Part shown: positions 27,512-38,663 of the stretch, piece after piece
Position numbering within the stretch: the first letter of the stretch is position 1
Layout: each line of letters starts with the position of its first letter
NCBI GenBank assembly: GCA_041659805.1
Contig: JBAZXP010000001.1
Coordinates: 704,589-768,588 of the forward strand
Source: Microgenomates group bacterium
GTDB taxonomy: Bacteria > Patescibacteriota > Microgenomatia > Daviesbacterales > UBA10151
DNA: 64,000 bases
Direction: 5' to 3'
The notes under the pieces: model-generated
Database searches by the model: none
The model's input: the letters and a program-made list of their open reading frames with translations, nothing else
Told to the model about the DNA's origin: nothing
Program-made: the position numbers and the translations under genes

Positions 27512-29338
27512 TTAATTCATTATTCTTTCAGCAGGGTTTGTTGTTATTAATGGGTGTTCTGATTCTGATGCTACAACTTTTAAGGCTACATGATTTTGAT
27601 CAGCAATAATTAAAGCCTCACCTCTATCACAAGACAACAGGAACTTTTGTTCATACTCACTTAAATTAAATTCAGAAGCTACTTTTTTAATTGTGGTTGT
27701 ATCCTGCCTCATTAAAACCCTTAAGGAAGATTGTGAAGCTATGGCTTTACCATATTCATTAGACAGGAAATCATTAGCTTGTTGGGATATAACAGACACC
27801 CCTAAATAGTATTTTCTGGCTCTTCTGGTTAGTCCTGCTATAAAGTTGGCTGTTTCTTCATGTTTTAGAAGCATCCAGCCTTCATCTATTACCAGCATTC
27901 TTTTGACAGGATCTTTTTTAACTTGGTTAAAGACAAAGGAAGCTACAACAAACATCATTATTTGCCTTAAGGATTCAGAAAGATCCTTAATGTCAAAGAC
28001 CACCAATCTATTGTTTAATTCAATGTTGGTCTGTTCATCAAATACACCGGATAACGACCCTTTAATGTACTTTGTAAGCCTTGTGACAAGCTTTTTCTGG
28101 CCTAACTGCTTTAAGGTTTTGTATAGATCTATTAGCATTGGGTAAGTTCTTAACTTTTTTGGTCTTCCTCTTTTAACTTTCTTTTTTCTACCTTTTTTCT
28201 TAATGTCCTCACTTGCCTGATCATCCTCTGTCATGGAATGGTGGAATTGTTTGTAAGTTTGAATAATAGCTTTATCTACAACTGCTTTTTCTTCCGCAGT
28301 TAATCCGTCTGCCAAGAGGGAAACAAGTTCTGTTAAATCCTGAATATGTTCAGGCAGACCATTTCCTTCTTCAGTATTTGAAGATAAGGAAAAATCAAAG
28401 GGATTTATTTTTTCTTTTGATCTGACTGATAATTTTATATATGTTCCGCCAACTGATTCAGCTAATCTTTTATATTCTCTTTCTGGATCAATTACTATAA
28501 CTTTTGTTCCCTGCATTAGATGTCTTAGTATTTCAACTTTAGCTGTATAGCTTTTTCCGGATCCGGATTGGGCAAAAGTAATACTGTTGGAATTATTAAG
28601 TGAAAACCTGTCAATCATTACCAGGGAATTATTGGATTTGTTTACTCCGTAAAGTATTCCTGACTCCTGTACCAGTTCTGATGAGGTGAAAGGAAAAGTA
28701 AGGGCTGCGGAAGAGGAATCAAGGTTTCTTTTTTGATTCAGTTGATTTTCTGCTCTGGGTAAAACTGATTGTAAGCCTTCAAGTTGCTGGAAGGTTGCAG
28801 TTTTAGAGTAGAAAAGTCTTGTTGAGAGTACTGTTTCAAGCAAGGTGGTAATTTTATTAAGCTCAATTAGGGAATCAGCAGTAATGGTTATATAAATGGA
28901 TACCTGAAATAGTTTCTCCTGTCCTCTTTGGATTTTATTTTTTAGCTCAATAGCAGAATCCAATGGATCTAATATTTCAGAGCCAATTATTTTACCTGAT
29001 TGCTGCATTGATCTTTTAGTTGACTCAAGCTCTGTTATTTTTCTGTTTAACTTAGGTAAAGCGAGTATTGGATCAATGTGTTCTATATGGTAGGAGATAT
29101 CAACATTGTGATTAAAGTTGATTAGCATGGTTAACCATCCTGTTGAAGCTGTGTATGGGTAGCCGGATACAAAAAGTGTTCTAACAAATTTATTACCCAA
29201 AACTAGGTAACTGGATTGTTCTTCCAATCCAGAATAGGAAATAAGGTCTACTTGATCCTGTCCTCCCACATTAAACTTTACAGCTTGCTGTTTAGCCTTA
29301 TTCCTTTCCTGAATATCTTTGAGAAAACTAAATTGCAT
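27512..29338 (-). CDS. virB4: VirB4/TraC-like conjugative ATPase
   Basis: AQSGSGKS, VIDPEREY, INPFD, VIDEGW, RRARKY...SQQ. Confidence 0.9.
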   Translation of the reverse strand: MQFSFLKDIQERNKAKQQAVKFNVGGQDQVDLISYSGLEEQSSYLVLGNKFVRTLFVSGYPYTASTGWLTMLINFNHNVDISYHIEHIDPILALPKLNRKITELESTKRSMQQSGKIIGSEILDPLDSAIELKNKIQRGQEKLFQVSIYITITADSLIELNKITTLLETVLSTRLFYSKTATFQQLEGLQSVLPRAENQLNQKRNLDSSSAALTFPFTSSELVQESGILYGVNKSNNSLVMIDRFSLNNSNSITFAQSGSGKSYTAKVEILRHLMQGTKVIVIDPEREYKRLAESVGGTYIKLSVRSKEKINPFDFSLSSNTEEGNGLPEHIQDLTELVSLLADGLTAEEKAVVDKAIIQTYKQFHHSMTEDDQASEDIKKKGRKKKVKRGRPKKLRTYPMLIDLYKTLKQLGQKKLVTRLTKYIKGSLSGVFDEQTNIELNNRLVVFDIKDLSESLRQIMMFVVASFVFNQVKKDPVKRMLVIDEGWMLLKHEETANFIAGLTRRARKYYLGVSVISQQANDFLSNEYGKAIASQSSLRVLMRQDTTTIKKVASEFNLSEYEQKFLLSCDRGEALIIADQNHVALKVVASESEHPLITTNPAERIMN

Positions 29339-29948
29339 ATGTCCCTTCAAATATTGGTTTTAAAGATTCTGCTTTAAGGGGTTGGGACTTAATCTGCTCC
29401 GAGTTGTAAAAAGTATAGAAAAGTTCAAGTATTTCAAGAGAATCTAAGATTCTTGTTTTCATACCTAATTTCTCCAACCCTTTTATTACTATGTCCTGGT
29501 TTAGAAGTAGTTGTTCCTTGACCAGTGCAAAATCGTTTTGGTTATCAGTTACATCATATGGAATCACAACATAAAATCTTCTGGACAATATTTTATTTCC
29601 TGATACTAGGCTAGATATAAATGAGCAGTAGCTTTGAATTTGGGTTTTATAAACCTGCTCTTCTTCCTTGCTTTCTTTTTTGCTGAATTCTTCCAGATAC
29701 CTGTCGATATCAACTTCTCTTACTCTTATTAAAATCTGCAGTGAGCAAGGAAGCGAATTTAGAAAATTTTGAAAATTATCAATAATTGCATCCTGTTCGT
29801 CTTCACTTTTAAGCTCGAAGTTGATAGCTGAAGTTTCAATAATACACCGGTACTTATTGCCTGGAAGTATCAGGATATTATCCTTAACCTCTTTAATTCT
29901 TATTTGTCTTCTTGATGAGACTTTACTTTTTGACTTGCCAAACAGCAT
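29328..29948 (-). CDS. conjugation protein (VirB4-associated, PrgI C-terminal/TraC-like)
   Basis: INFELKSEDEQ..I..F..FLNSL...QI; coupled to virB4. Confidence 0.7.
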   Translation of the reverse strand: MLFGKSKSKVSSRRQIRIKEVKDNILILPGNKYRCIIETSAINFELKSEDEQDAIIDNFQNFLNSLPCSLQILIRVREVDIDRYLEEFSKKESKEEEQVYKTQIQSYCSFISSLVSGNKILSRRFYVVIPYDVTDNQNDFALVKEQLLLNQDIVIKGLEKLGMKTRILDSLEILELFYTFYNSEQIKSQPLKAESLKPIFEGTYAI

Positions 29949-30423
29949 TTACGCCCTCCTTATCAAATTTAAAGGATAATCTTGCCCTTGAGATGCCCAA
30001 AATACGTGTTACGCTTTCAGGGTTAAACATTGGTATGCCTGCTTCTTTTTTAACTTTATTAAGCGCGGTTGCTTCTTCAGCATTCTTTTTGACTACAGAG
30101 TCTAAAACAATATCCCTAAGATAAGTATCATTTTTATTAGACAAATAAAAACTGGGTCTAAAATAATATCCTGCCAGAATAAACAGCCAGTTTAATATAA
30201 TTCTTCCTTTTATGCGGAGTGCTAATGTACAGCAAACTAAAGACTCAAGACCAATCAAGGGAAGTTTATACAAAGTAAAGTGCAGTCTGGTAGGTAGGAC
30301 TGAATAGATAAAAACTGCAATAAATAATGAAGCTAAAAGCAGCAATATTTGAGCTAAATTTAAATTACCTGCAATTTTATCTTCAACAGTAGTAATTTGA
30401 GCTGGTATGATTGTAGTTCTCAT
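29923..30423 (-). CDS. PrgI-family conjugation membrane protein
   Basis: IPAQITTVEDKIAGNLNLAQ + 2 TM. Confidence 0.8.
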   Translation of the reverse strand: MRTTIIPAQITTVEDKIAGNLNLAQILLLLASLFIAVFIYSVLPTRLHFTLYKLPLIGLESLVCCTLALRIKGRIILNWLFILAGYYFRPSFYLSNKNDTYLRDIVLDSVVKKNAEEATALNKVKKEAGIPMFNPESVTRILGISRARLSFKFDKEGVNAVWQVKK

Positions 30424-30444
30424 AAATTTATTTACAAGCTTTGC

Positions 30445-31737
30445 TTATGCAGTAATAGTCCTCCTTGGTGTAATTTTTGACCCCACCACTTTTCCAGTCA
30501 TTGAAGCTTCTTTTGAGGACGTTGAAATAACATTCATTATTTGTCCTCCTATTTTTCTAACCATACCCCCGCCTGTGTTATAGAAAACCAATTGCATCAT
30601 AATAGAAGGAGTTTTAAGAAGGGTTGATAACAACCCTATTCCTATAAGGATTGATATTAATGAATTGGTGCCTGATTGGCTTGAAACAGTTAAAAATGAA
30701 GCTGCAAGCTGGATGATTACTACATGGACAAAAACAGTATAAACAGCCGTTATATAAGTTTTTACTGAGACTTCAGCAAAATCGGCAAATTTAGGGATTG
30801 CCCATAAAAGAAAAATAAAAGGAGACATTACCGCTCCTAAAGCAATTATAATAAGCCTTGAAACATAGAATAGAAGAAGCATTATTGCCACAATGATAAA
30901 TAAAATCATGAAAATAAATGTTATGAGCGGTGTGGTTTTTGTAACAATTGAAGTGGGCGCAAAGGCATTTAGTATCCATGCACTATTTAGTCCACCTGTT
31001 GCATGAAGAACTGCTGCAATTAAGGTATTGCAGGATAGAACAATCCAGTCACAAAGAAATATTGACATATTAGCCCCAAGAAATGCCAGACCAACTCTGG
31101 GTAATAAATGCTTAAATTCAATCTCTTCAAATCCGAATGTTGAAGCAGACATAAAGTGGAATCCTAAAAGGGCTACTACCAAAGCAAATAAAGAATCAGT
31201 AATGCCTACCATTACCAGCCAGAAGTTAAAGATTACAGAATTAGTCAGTATTGAAGGTGTATTTGTTAAAAAAGTCATAATTCCGTCAGTTAATGGTTTA
31301 GTAGCAGATTGGACGATGTTTTGTAAAAATCCTGCGATTGCATCCAAAAGAACCTGTGTTAAACCATCGGAAGGTGTAACAGGTTGGATGGGAGAAAGAT
31401 TAAGTTGTGCAGAACTTGCGGAAGTTGACGGCGTATTAAAAGCACCTTGGAGCAAAGATGAGAAAACGGCAGCGGAAATAATAATTACCAGACCTATCAG
31501 GGCATTTCTGACAGTTAATTTTGCGTGTTCCAATGCATCAGGTTTTCCCGAAGAGGTTATATACATATATCCTCCTCTTACCAAGAAAAATGTGGCAGCA
31601 GCTGTGGCAAATATGATTAGAGTGCTTAGGGTCTGGTTAGTAAAAGTAGATATTTCAGAGTTTGTTTCAGCCGCAAAAACTAGAGCTGGGTTTAAAAGTA
31701 AACATATTACTGCAAAAAAACCTGTTAGAAACTTCAT
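30445..31737 (-). CDS. VirB6/TrbL-like polytopic protein with N-terminal pilin-like region
   Basis: GGYMYITSSGKPDALEHAK..NALIGL then many TM helices. Confidence 0.75.
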   Translation of the reverse strand: MKFLTGFFAVICLLLNPALVFAAETNSEISTFTNQTLSTLIIFATAAATFFLVRGGYMYITSSGKPDALEHAKLTVRNALIGLVIIISAAVFSSLLQGAFNTPSTSASSAQLNLSPIQPVTPSDGLTQVLLDAIAGFLQNIVQSATKPLTDGIMTFLTNTPSILTNSVIFNFWLVMVGITDSLFALVVALLGFHFMSASTFGFEEIEFKHLLPRVGLAFLGANMSIFLCDWIVLSCNTLIAAVLHATGGLNSAWILNAFAPTSIVTKTTPLITFIFMILFIIVAIMLLLFYVSRLIIIALGAVMSPFIFLLWAIPKFADFAEVSVKTYITAVYTVFVHVVIIQLAASFLTVSSQSGTNSLISILIGIGLLSTLLKTPSIMMQLVFYNTGGGMVRKIGGQIMNVISTSSKEASMTGKVVGSKITPRRTITA

Positions 31738-31760
31738 AATTAAAGCTATGGACAGGTTTA

Positions 31761-32090
31761 TTAGATAGTGCCAAAAGCAGAAGTGGCAACTTGGGTAACA
31801 ATATTGGAAAGAACATAAGCTCCTAAAACTATTGCCAAACCTATTGCAGAAAACATAATAGTTTTTTTAGCTACATCCAAGCTCTCGGGATTACCAGATG
31901 ATGTCATATACCTAAATCCTCCCCAAACTAAAAATGCTGTAGCTACCAGAGCTGCTAACGTCACAAAAATCTGGATAATGCTTTGAATAAAAGTTTGAAC
32001 TTTGGAAACATCAGCACCCGCTGCAAACACAGGGGAGGCAACTATCAGGGCTGTTAATAATAATGAAGATGTATAAATTATTTTTTTCAT
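31761..32090 (-). CDS. TrbC/VirB2-like pilin
   Basis: signal peptide, GGFRYMTSSGNPESLDVAKKTIMFSAIGL. Confidence 0.8.
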   Translation of the reverse strand: MKKIIYTSSLLLTALIVASPVFAAGADVSKVQTFIQSIIQIFVTLAALVATAFLVWGGFRYMTSSGNPESLDVAKKTIMFSAIGLAIVLGAYVLSNIVTQVATSAFGTI

Positions 32091-32211
32091 ACCTAACCAC
32101 TTTCAATTTTGGGCATAGGCAGGAAAAATCAAGAACACTAACTTATGCGGATTATGGCATAAGATATCACTCTATGTCAACGTTGGCTTTAGGAGTCAAA
32201 AAGATGAAGTA

Positions 32212-35200
32212 TTAATAACTAACTTTTACATTTCCTTTAGAAGATAGGTTCTCAAATGTTTCTAAGTTAACTATGTGATATTTATCAACAATTGTGCCTG
32301 TAGGCTCCAAAATACCAACTACCTTCATCTGTGATATCCCAAAAAAGTTGTTGATTATATCACCGGTTTTCTGGAAAAGCTTTTCTTTTTGCATGAGGGT
32401 GGCTTCTTCATAACCCAAAATCATTTCATTATTATTTAAAGATAATGAACCATCTTTGATCTTCAGAAGCTTACTATCCAAAGTACTGATCTCTGCAAAT
32501 AATTTAGGAGTATTACTTACAGGTTCAGCTTTGACTTGTTTAGCTGCCACAACTTTAGTTTTTTCCACTGTATTTGCAGGGTTTGACATATTTGAGCTAA
32601 ATCGGGCAAATTCAAAGAATATGAAGGTAAATAACACCATCATAATGGCTGGGGCAAAGATTGAAAGATAATTAGTTTTTCCAGGGCGGTAACGCCTTAA
32701 AAGGAGTGAATTACTGACCACAGAAATTGAGCTTAAAGCCATTGCAAGTCCTGCTAATTCTGGCTTCAAAACCAACCCGATACCTGCAAATACTCTGGCT
32801 GCCACAGGAATACCAATAACATTATAAAAGAGGGCAAAAAACATATTCTGCTTAATCTTGCCCATTGTTTCTTTAGAAAGAGAAATAGCGTGGACAACAT
32901 CACGAAGATCATTTTTGATTATTACAATTCCACCAGTCTCCATTGCAACATCTGTTCCTGAACCCATGGCAATACCTAAATCAGCCTGTGCCAAAGCAGG
33001 AGCATCATTGATACCATCTCCAACCATAGCTACCTTTTTACCCAAGCTTTGCAGCTTTTTAACCTCATTTGCCTTATCTTCCGGTAATACTTCAGCCAAA
33101 ACATTAGTAATACCGACTTGCTCTGCAATTGCCCTGGCTGTTCTTTCGTTGTCACCAGTAATCATCCATACCTCAATACCCATCTTCTGTAGTTTTTCAA
33201 CAGCCTCAGCTGAAGTTTCTTTAACAGTATCAGCTACTCCAATAAGCCCTAAGACTTCGTCTTTGCTAGCCAAAATCATGACTGTTACGCCTTGATCTTC
33301 CAAACGAGCCATTTTACGGTTGACTCTATCAATCGGTAATCCCACTATTTCTGAAATTAGCTTTCTATTGCCAAAGTAATACACTTTTCCGCCAATTTCT
33401 GCTTGAACTCCATGTCCTGGAATAGCTTTAAAATTAATGGCTTCTTGAAGTTTAACGCCTTCTTCTTGGGCATAATTATAGATAGCTTCAGCCAATGGAT
33501 GTTCAGATTGTTTTTCAATACTTGCACAAATTTCTAATACTTCATCCTCATCTAAGCTTCCCAAGGATTCAACATCAGTTACTTCTGGTTTTCCTTTAGT
33601 TAAGGTTCCTGTTTTATCAAAAATAATGGCGTTTATCTTACAGGCTGCTTCTAAAGGTTCACCGCCCTTTACCAAAATACCATACTCTGCACCTTTACCA
33701 GTTCCCACCATAATGGCAGTAGGGGTAGCAAGACCTAAGGCACAAGGACAGGCTATAACAATCACCGCAGTAAAGGCCATTAAGGCAAAGGCAAGAGGGG
33801 CTCCTAATACGAAGAACCAAACTATAAATGTAATTACTGCAATGCCAATAACAGTAGGAACAAAATAAGCAGAAATCCTATCGGCAAAGGCTTGGATAGG
33901 AGCTTTTGATCCTTGAGCATCTTCAACCAAGCGGATAATCTGGGAAAGAGTAGTTTCTGATCCAACACGGGTTGCGGTAAATTGAAAACTTCCAACTTTA
34001 TTAATAGTACCCCCAATAACATTATCTCCTTCTCTTTTTTCGACAGGCATGCTTTCTCCAGTAATCATTGACTCATCTAAAGACGAAGTACCACTGGCAA
34101 TAACACCATCAACAGGTACTTTTTCTCCAGGTCTCACCATTAACAGATCACCTTTTACTACTTGCTCAATTGGAATATCTAAAGTTTCGCCGTTTCTAAT
34201 AACTCTAGCCGTTTTGGCCTGAAGTCCCATGAGTTTCTTGATAGCCTCAGAAGTCCTGCCTTTAGCTTTAGCTTCTAACCATTTACCCAAAATAACAAAG
34301 GTAATAAGGAAGGCTGCTGTTTCAAAATATAGATCAGGAATTCTAGCTCCATTTAAACCAATTAAAGAATTATTTGTTAAAAAGTAATTTATAAAATTAA
34401 ATAAGCTGTAAAAATAAGCGGTAGATGTACCGATAGCAATAAGACTATCCATATTAAAGGTTTTCATGCGAAGAGCAGACCACATACCCTTATAAAAGCC
34501 TTTACCAATAATAAATTGAACTGGAGTTGCTAGTATTAATGAAATTATTCCAATATAGGGAGAAAGAGTTGAACTGCCTGGAAGTCCTTGGAAAAATTCA
34601 AAGAACATGAAATAAAGCATTGGGACGCTTAAAATAAAACTGATGAGAAATTTCTTAAATTGTCCTGATATTTCTTCCTGTTGTTTTCGGGTTTCAAATT
34701 CACTATCAGCTTCATCAAGCACTGTAGCTTTATATCCTGCTTTTCTAACTGCCTCAAGAAGGGAATCTTTTGAAGGAAGATTTGAGTCTACTAAAACTGA
34801 TGCTTTTTCAGCAGTAAAGTTAACATGAGCTTCTTTTACTCCGGGTACTTTCTTCAAGGATTTTTCAATAATTCCTGCACAAGAAGTGCAGTGCATACCA
34901 GAAAGAGATAGGCTAACTTTTTCAGAAGAATTTGATGGTAATTGAGGAGTTGCAATACTTAAATTATTATGCTCAGCATTATCTACTGCTTCAGATAAAA
35001 GCACGCGCTGTTCTCCCTTATGAATATCCAGCGTGTTAAAAAGATTTACTGACCTGAGTAATCTGTCGATAAAATCCCTAGAATCGTCTTTTTTGTCTTT
35101 TGGAATTGAAAATTCAGCTTTTTTTCTATTGTCTACTTTGCCTTCAAAATACAATTTTCCATCTGCACCCTCTAAAACTTTTCCGGCAGCTGTGGTAATT

Positions 35201-35523
35201 GATTGTACGTTTACCTTAATTGGTTTACCATTTGCAACTGATTTTTGAGATATCTTAATCTCACTAGAAATACCTCTTTCATTTGGTATGTTCGCTGAAC
35301 CTATAGAGTCTACAGTTGCCTGATATCCTGCATTGGCAACAGCTTTTACTATATCCTCAGGTTTATTAACTGTTAAATTAAGAAGTACTGATCCTTTACC
35401 GGATTTAAAATCAATTTCAGCATCGCTTACTCCTGGTAGTTCTTCCAGCTCGTCTTTAATGAGCATCTCACAAGAACCGCAGTGCATTCCTTTGACTATA
35501 AAATTAATTCTCTGTTTGCTCAT
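32212..35523 (-). CDS. copA: Cu(I) P1B-type ATPase with two HMA domains and C-terminal extension
   Basis: [52 protein letters not shown]. Confidence 0.93.
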   Translation of the reverse strand: MSKQRINFIVKGMHCGSCEMLIKDELEELPGVSDAEIDFKSGKGSVLLNLTVNKPEDIVKAVANAGYQATVDSIGSANIPNERGISSEIKISQKSVANGKPIKVNVQSITTAAGKVLEGADGKLYFEGKVDNRKKAEFSIPKDKKDDSRDFIDRLLRSVNLFNTLDIHKGEQRVLLSEAVDNAEHNNLSIATPQLPSNSSEKVSLSLSGMHCTSCAGIIEKSLKKVPGVKEAHVNFTAEKASVLVDSNLPSKDSLLEAVRKAGYKATVLDEADSEFETRKQQEEISGQFKKFLISFILSVPMLYFMFFEFFQGLPGSSTLSPYIGIISLILATPVQFIIGKGFYKGMWSALRMKTFNMDSLIAIGTSTAYFYSLFNFINYFLTNNSLIGLNGARIPDLYFETAAFLITFVILGKWLEAKAKGRTSEAIKKLMGLQAKTARVIRNGETLDIPIEQVVKGDLLMVRPGEKVPVDGVIASGTSSLDESMITGESMPVEKREGDNVIGGTINKVGSFQFTATRVGSETTLSQIIRLVEDAQGSKAPIQAFADRISAYFVPTVIGIAVITFIVWFFVLGAPLAFALMAFTAVIVIACPCALGLATPTAIMVGTGKGAEYGILVKGGEPLEAACKINAIIFDKTGTLTKGKPEVTDVESLGSLDEDEVLEICASIEKQSEHPLAEAIYNYAQEEGVKLQEAINFKAIPGHGVQAEIGGKVYYFGNRKLISEIVGLPIDRVNRKMARLEDQGVTVMILASKDEVLGLIGVADTVKETSAEAVEKLQKMGIEVWMITGDNERTARAIAEQVGITNVLAEVLPEDKANEVKKLQSLGKKVAMVGDGINDAPALAQADLGIAMGSGTDVAMETGGIVIIKNDLRDVVHAISLSKETMGKIKQNMFFALFYNVIGIPVAARVFAGIGLVLKPELAGLAMALSSISVVSNSLLLRRYRPGKTNYLSIFAPAIMMVLFTFIFFEFARFSSNMSNPANTVEKTKVVAAKQVKAEPVSNTPKLFAEISTLDSKLLKIKDGSLSLNNNEMILGYEEATLMQKEKLFQKTGDIINNFFGISQMKVVGILEPTGTIVDKYHIVNLETFENLSSKGNVKVSY

Positions 35524-35555
35524 ATAGTTATAGGTTGTAAGTATACAGGTGAAAC

Positions 35556-35572
35556 ATTAAGAAATTATGAAG
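35556..35572 (-). promoter_or_regulatory. OmpR-type tandem box CTTCAT-N5-CTTAAT before copA
   Basis: 10 nt upstream of TATACT; copies at 38408, 40291, 42544, 48321. Confidence 0.75.
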
Positions 35573-35573
35573 A

Positions 35574-35771
35574 CTAACTAACTTTGTAGTCAGTCCCTTT
35601 CAGGGCAAGTTCTACTTCATCTATATTTATAGAACGATTAGCTGTAACTATTGCTTCACCACTAAGCTCAACACTTACCTTTTCAACTCCTTCTATTTTC
35701 ATGAGTTTTTTCTCAATAACCTTTTGACATGCTCCGCAATGCATCCCTGATATTTTAAATGTATTATTCAT
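35574..35771 (-). CDS. copZ: CopZ-like metallochaperone
   Basis: 65 aa, GMHCGAC. Confidence 0.85.
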   Translation of the reverse strand: MNNTFKISGMHCGACQKVIEKKLMKIEGVEKVSVELSGEAIVTANRSINIDEVELALKGTDYKVS

Positions 35772-35772
35772 A

Positions 35773-37590
35773 TTAATTAACTGTTATCACCCCTCTCGGT
35801 ATTCCCATAGCACAGGTGATTTTGTAATCTCCTGGTTTTGTGGGAGTAAAGTTGAAAACAATCGGTGTACCTTTTTGGAGTATTTCTGGTGTTTGGGTCA
35901 AACCTGGAACCATAATACTACCCATACAGCCATAACCATCATCTTTAACTTCAATCTCCATTCTTACGGGTTGACCAGACTTTACAGTAAATCTGTTTGG
36001 TTGGATGTCTTTATCTTGGGTATAAGTCATTTTAATAACTTGAATGTTGCCTTCCTTGGCAGCCGGTGCTGGTGAAACCGAAGCTGTTGCCTGTAATTTT
36101 TGTTGGGCAGCAGCCGCTCCTGCTCCACAGCCACAACCACCACCACCGCTACCGCAACTTCCACCGCCACCTGCTGGAGCCGTAGCCTGATTCTTTAAGT
36201 CTTGAGCTGCAACCCCTCCGCTTCCATCATCATTTACTACATTAAACACTCCTCTGTACATACCCATTGAGCAGCTAAACTTTAACGCACCTGTCTCAGT
36301 AGGGGTAAACTCAATAATGTTTTCACCAAGCTCCAGGCTTTTTCGAACATTTAAGCTAGATGAAACGATTGAACTTGCACAAGTATTAACATTTGTAGAA
36401 GTAACAATCCATTTAACAGGAACACCTTTTTTAATTGTAAAAGTATTCGGATTATAACCAGATCCATCCTGAGTCATCCTAACAACCTGCACACCGTTTT
36501 CTAAAGTCACATTGGGATCAGAAGCATTAGAACCAGCAGAAGAAGAACTACCACCAAATGGTGCAGCAAAAGCCAAACCAGTAAGGTTATAGCCATTGGA
36601 GATATTAAATATTGCCAGAGCTATTACTACTATTCCGGCAAATTTGAAGAAACTTTTGGCAAAAGCGCCTTTTACAACTGAAGTAAGCCCTCCAATCCCT
36701 AAAAGTCCAGGTGTAGTACCTAAAGCAAAAGCTCCCATTGTTATTGCTCCGGAAATAGGATCACCTGTGCTAATTGCATAAAGCTGCATAGCCTGAGTAA
36801 AACCGCAAGGCAAAAAGAATGTCGTTGCTCCCAGGATCATTGAGTTGTTGTGACTGTATTCTTTTTCATGGCGGTCTTTAATACCTAAGCTTCTGCTAAT
36901 AAACTTCGGTAGGGTTATATTTACCGAACGTAACCTGGGTGAAATATCAATAAGCTGTGCTCCCAAAAGGAACATAACTCCGCCAACAATAATAGTCAAA
37001 AAACCTAGAACTGTGGGGGAAAGACTGAAAAAAGAACCGGCAAAACCTATAACCCCTCCAAAGAAAATATAAGAAGCGATCCTTCCGATATTAAAGAACA
37101 CATGAGGTTTAAATTTCTGTAGTGTGGTAGCAGTTGGATGAAGCTCAGCAAATTTAGCGGAAGCCCCTAAAATTAAACCGCCGACCAAAGCCATACAAGT
37201 AGAAAACCCTGCTGTGAGTCCAATAAGGAGAACAACAGGTAAACTGGAAAAATTATTTGATGTTGAGCCAACCAAATCAAATAGTCCTAAATTGCTTAAC
37301 AGTAAGTAAATAAAGAATAAAATTCCTGCAGCTGTGAGTAAATCAAAGTAATCTTGTGGATTTTTTGAAAGCAAAGGTTTTTCTTCCTTACCAACAGTGT
37401 AACCAACTTCACCTATTGCCAGGTCAACTCTGTTTTCATCTAACCCATTATTGTGATAAATTTCAGCAGTGCCTTTTGTATGGCTAACCACGCATTTTTC
37501 CACCCCGGGAATTTTTAATAGTTCATCTTCGATCAAGATTTCGCAAGACCGGCAATGCATTCCTTTAATATGTACAGTAGTTTTTTCCAT
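35773..37590 (-). CDS. HMA + DsbD_2/TauE-like membrane domain + two cupredoxin-like domains
   Basis: GMHCRSC, STCMALVGG, LPCGFTQ, FSCSMGM, TCAMG. Confidence 0.85.
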   Translation of the reverse strand: MEKTTVHIKGMHCRSCEILIEDELLKIPGVEKCVVSHTKGTAEIYHNNGLDENRVDLAIGEVGYTVGKEEKPLLSKNPQDYFDLLTAAGILFFIYLLLSNLGLFDLVGSTSNNFSSLPVVLLIGLTAGFSTCMALVGGLILGASAKFAELHPTATTLQKFKPHVFFNIGRIASYIFFGGVIGFAGSFFSLSPTVLGFLTIIVGGVMFLLGAQLIDISPRLRSVNITLPKFISRSLGIKDRHEKEYSHNNSMILGATTFFLPCGFTQAMQLYAISTGDPISGAITMGAFALGTTPGLLGIGGLTSVVKGAFAKSFFKFAGIVVIALAIFNISNGYNLTGLAFAAPFGGSSSSAGSNASDPNVTLENGVQVVRMTQDGSGYNPNTFTIKKGVPVKWIVTSTNVNTCASSIVSSSLNVRKSLELGENIIEFTPTETGALKFSCSMGMYRGVFNVVNDDGSGGVAAQDLKNQATAPAGGGGSCGSGGGGCGCGAGAAAAQQKLQATASVSPAPAAKEGNIQVIKMTYTQDKDIQPNRFTVKSGQPVRMEIEVKDDGYGCMGSIMVPGLTQTPEILQKGTPIVFNFTPTKPGDYKITCAMGIPRGVITVN

Positions 37591-37601
37591 AGTTTAATAA
37601 A

Positions 37602-38381
37602 TTATTGGGAAAGCTGAGAATCAATAGCTGTTTTAAAAGCACTAAATGGTTGTGCTCCAACTATTGTTATGCCTTCAACATAATCTCCTGATACAGTTTT
37701 CCCAAGGAACCAGGTTGGTGTGCCATTTGCTCCGACTTTTTGTGCTTCTGCTAAATCTTTATCTACCTCAGCTTTTAATTTACCGTCATCTAAACATTTT
37801 TGAAATTGTGTTACATTCAACCCAATTGTTTTTGCGAGAACAGGTAATTGATCTATAGTAATACCTGTGCCACCAGAAGTAGTTTTAGTGAATATCTGAT
37901 CATGATATTTATAGTAGGCGACATCTCCTCCTTGATCTTTTGCGCACTGAGCTGCTTCAGCTTCTTTGACAGCATTTTGATGGAAAGGAAGTGGTAAGTC
38001 TTTATATACTAATCTTATTTTTCCTGTATCTATGTAATTCTTTTTTAGATCTGGTAATAGGTCGGTAAAGGTTTTTTTACAAAAAGGACACTCATAATCG
38101 GAAAACTCCACTAAAGTTAGTTTGGCGTTTTTATCGCCTAAAATGGGATCTCCGGCAATAGATACTTTTACTGGCTTACTAGGATCTGGTTGGGCAGCTG
38201 CTTGAGCTTGTACAGGTGCTTGGCTGGGTTGAGCAACTTGCACGGCTGCGTTATTAGTTTTTTGAGTAGTATCACCTTTTATCTTAAGAGTGCCCCCACT
38301 AACTAAAATTGCTGTGGAGATAATCATGGATGCCAAAAGTATTGACCCTGGTACTGTTGTAAATAAAGCTTTTGCTAACAT
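37602..38381 (-). CDS. DsbA-family thioredoxin
   Basis: EFSDYECPFC, GTPT, GAQP. Confidence 0.9.
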   Translation of the reverse strand: MLAKALFTTVPGSILLASMIISTAILVSGGTLKIKGDTTQKTNNAAVQVAQPSQAPVQAQAAAQPDPSKPVKVSIAGDPILGDKNAKLTLVEFSDYECPFCKKTFTDLLPDLKKNYIDTGKIRLVYKDLPLPFHQNAVKEAEAAQCAKDQGGDVAYYKYHDQIFTKTTSGGTGITIDQLPVLAKTIGLNVTQFQKCLDDGKLKAEVDKDLAEAQKVGANGTPTWFLGKTVSGDYVEGITIVGAQPFSAFKTAIDSQLSQ

Positions 38382-38407
38382 ATTTTTAATATCATACAGA
38401 AGCAGAG

Positions 38408-38424
38408 ATTAAGAAATCATGAAG
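38408..38424 (-). promoter_or_regulatory. OmpR-type tandem box before the dsbA operon
   Basis: CTTCAT-gattt-CTTAAT, 11 nt before TATGAT. Confidence 0.75.
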
Positions 38425-38430
38425 ATTTCT

Positions 38431-38661
38431 TTAATCTTTTAGCTCTTCTTTCTTGTTCTCCTGACTACTTTCATGCTCACTTTTCATAGAATGACCCTTC
38501 ATCATAAAAATATGCATTAATGGGCAAAGAAGTAGAAAACCAAATGTAAATAGACTGGATACAGGAACTTTAAAAAAGTAGATGGCAATTAATACAGCAC
38601 TAATGCCTAGTAAACAAAATATAAAAATTTTACTCTTACTTATGTTTTTACAGCAATTCAT
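38431..38661 (-). CDS. DUF2933-like small membrane protein
   Basis: LLLCPLMHIFMMKGH. Confidence 0.8.
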   Translation of the reverse strand: MNCCKNISKSKIFIFCLLGISAVLIAIYFFKVPVSSLFTFGFLLLCPLMHIFMMKGHSMKSEHESSQENKKEELKD

Positions 38662-38663
38662 AA

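Noticed and set aside
31028-31768. 246-aa + strand ORF and similar shadow ORFs inside the ATPases and kinase
   Set aside because: Antisense to well-supported genes, with no motifs.
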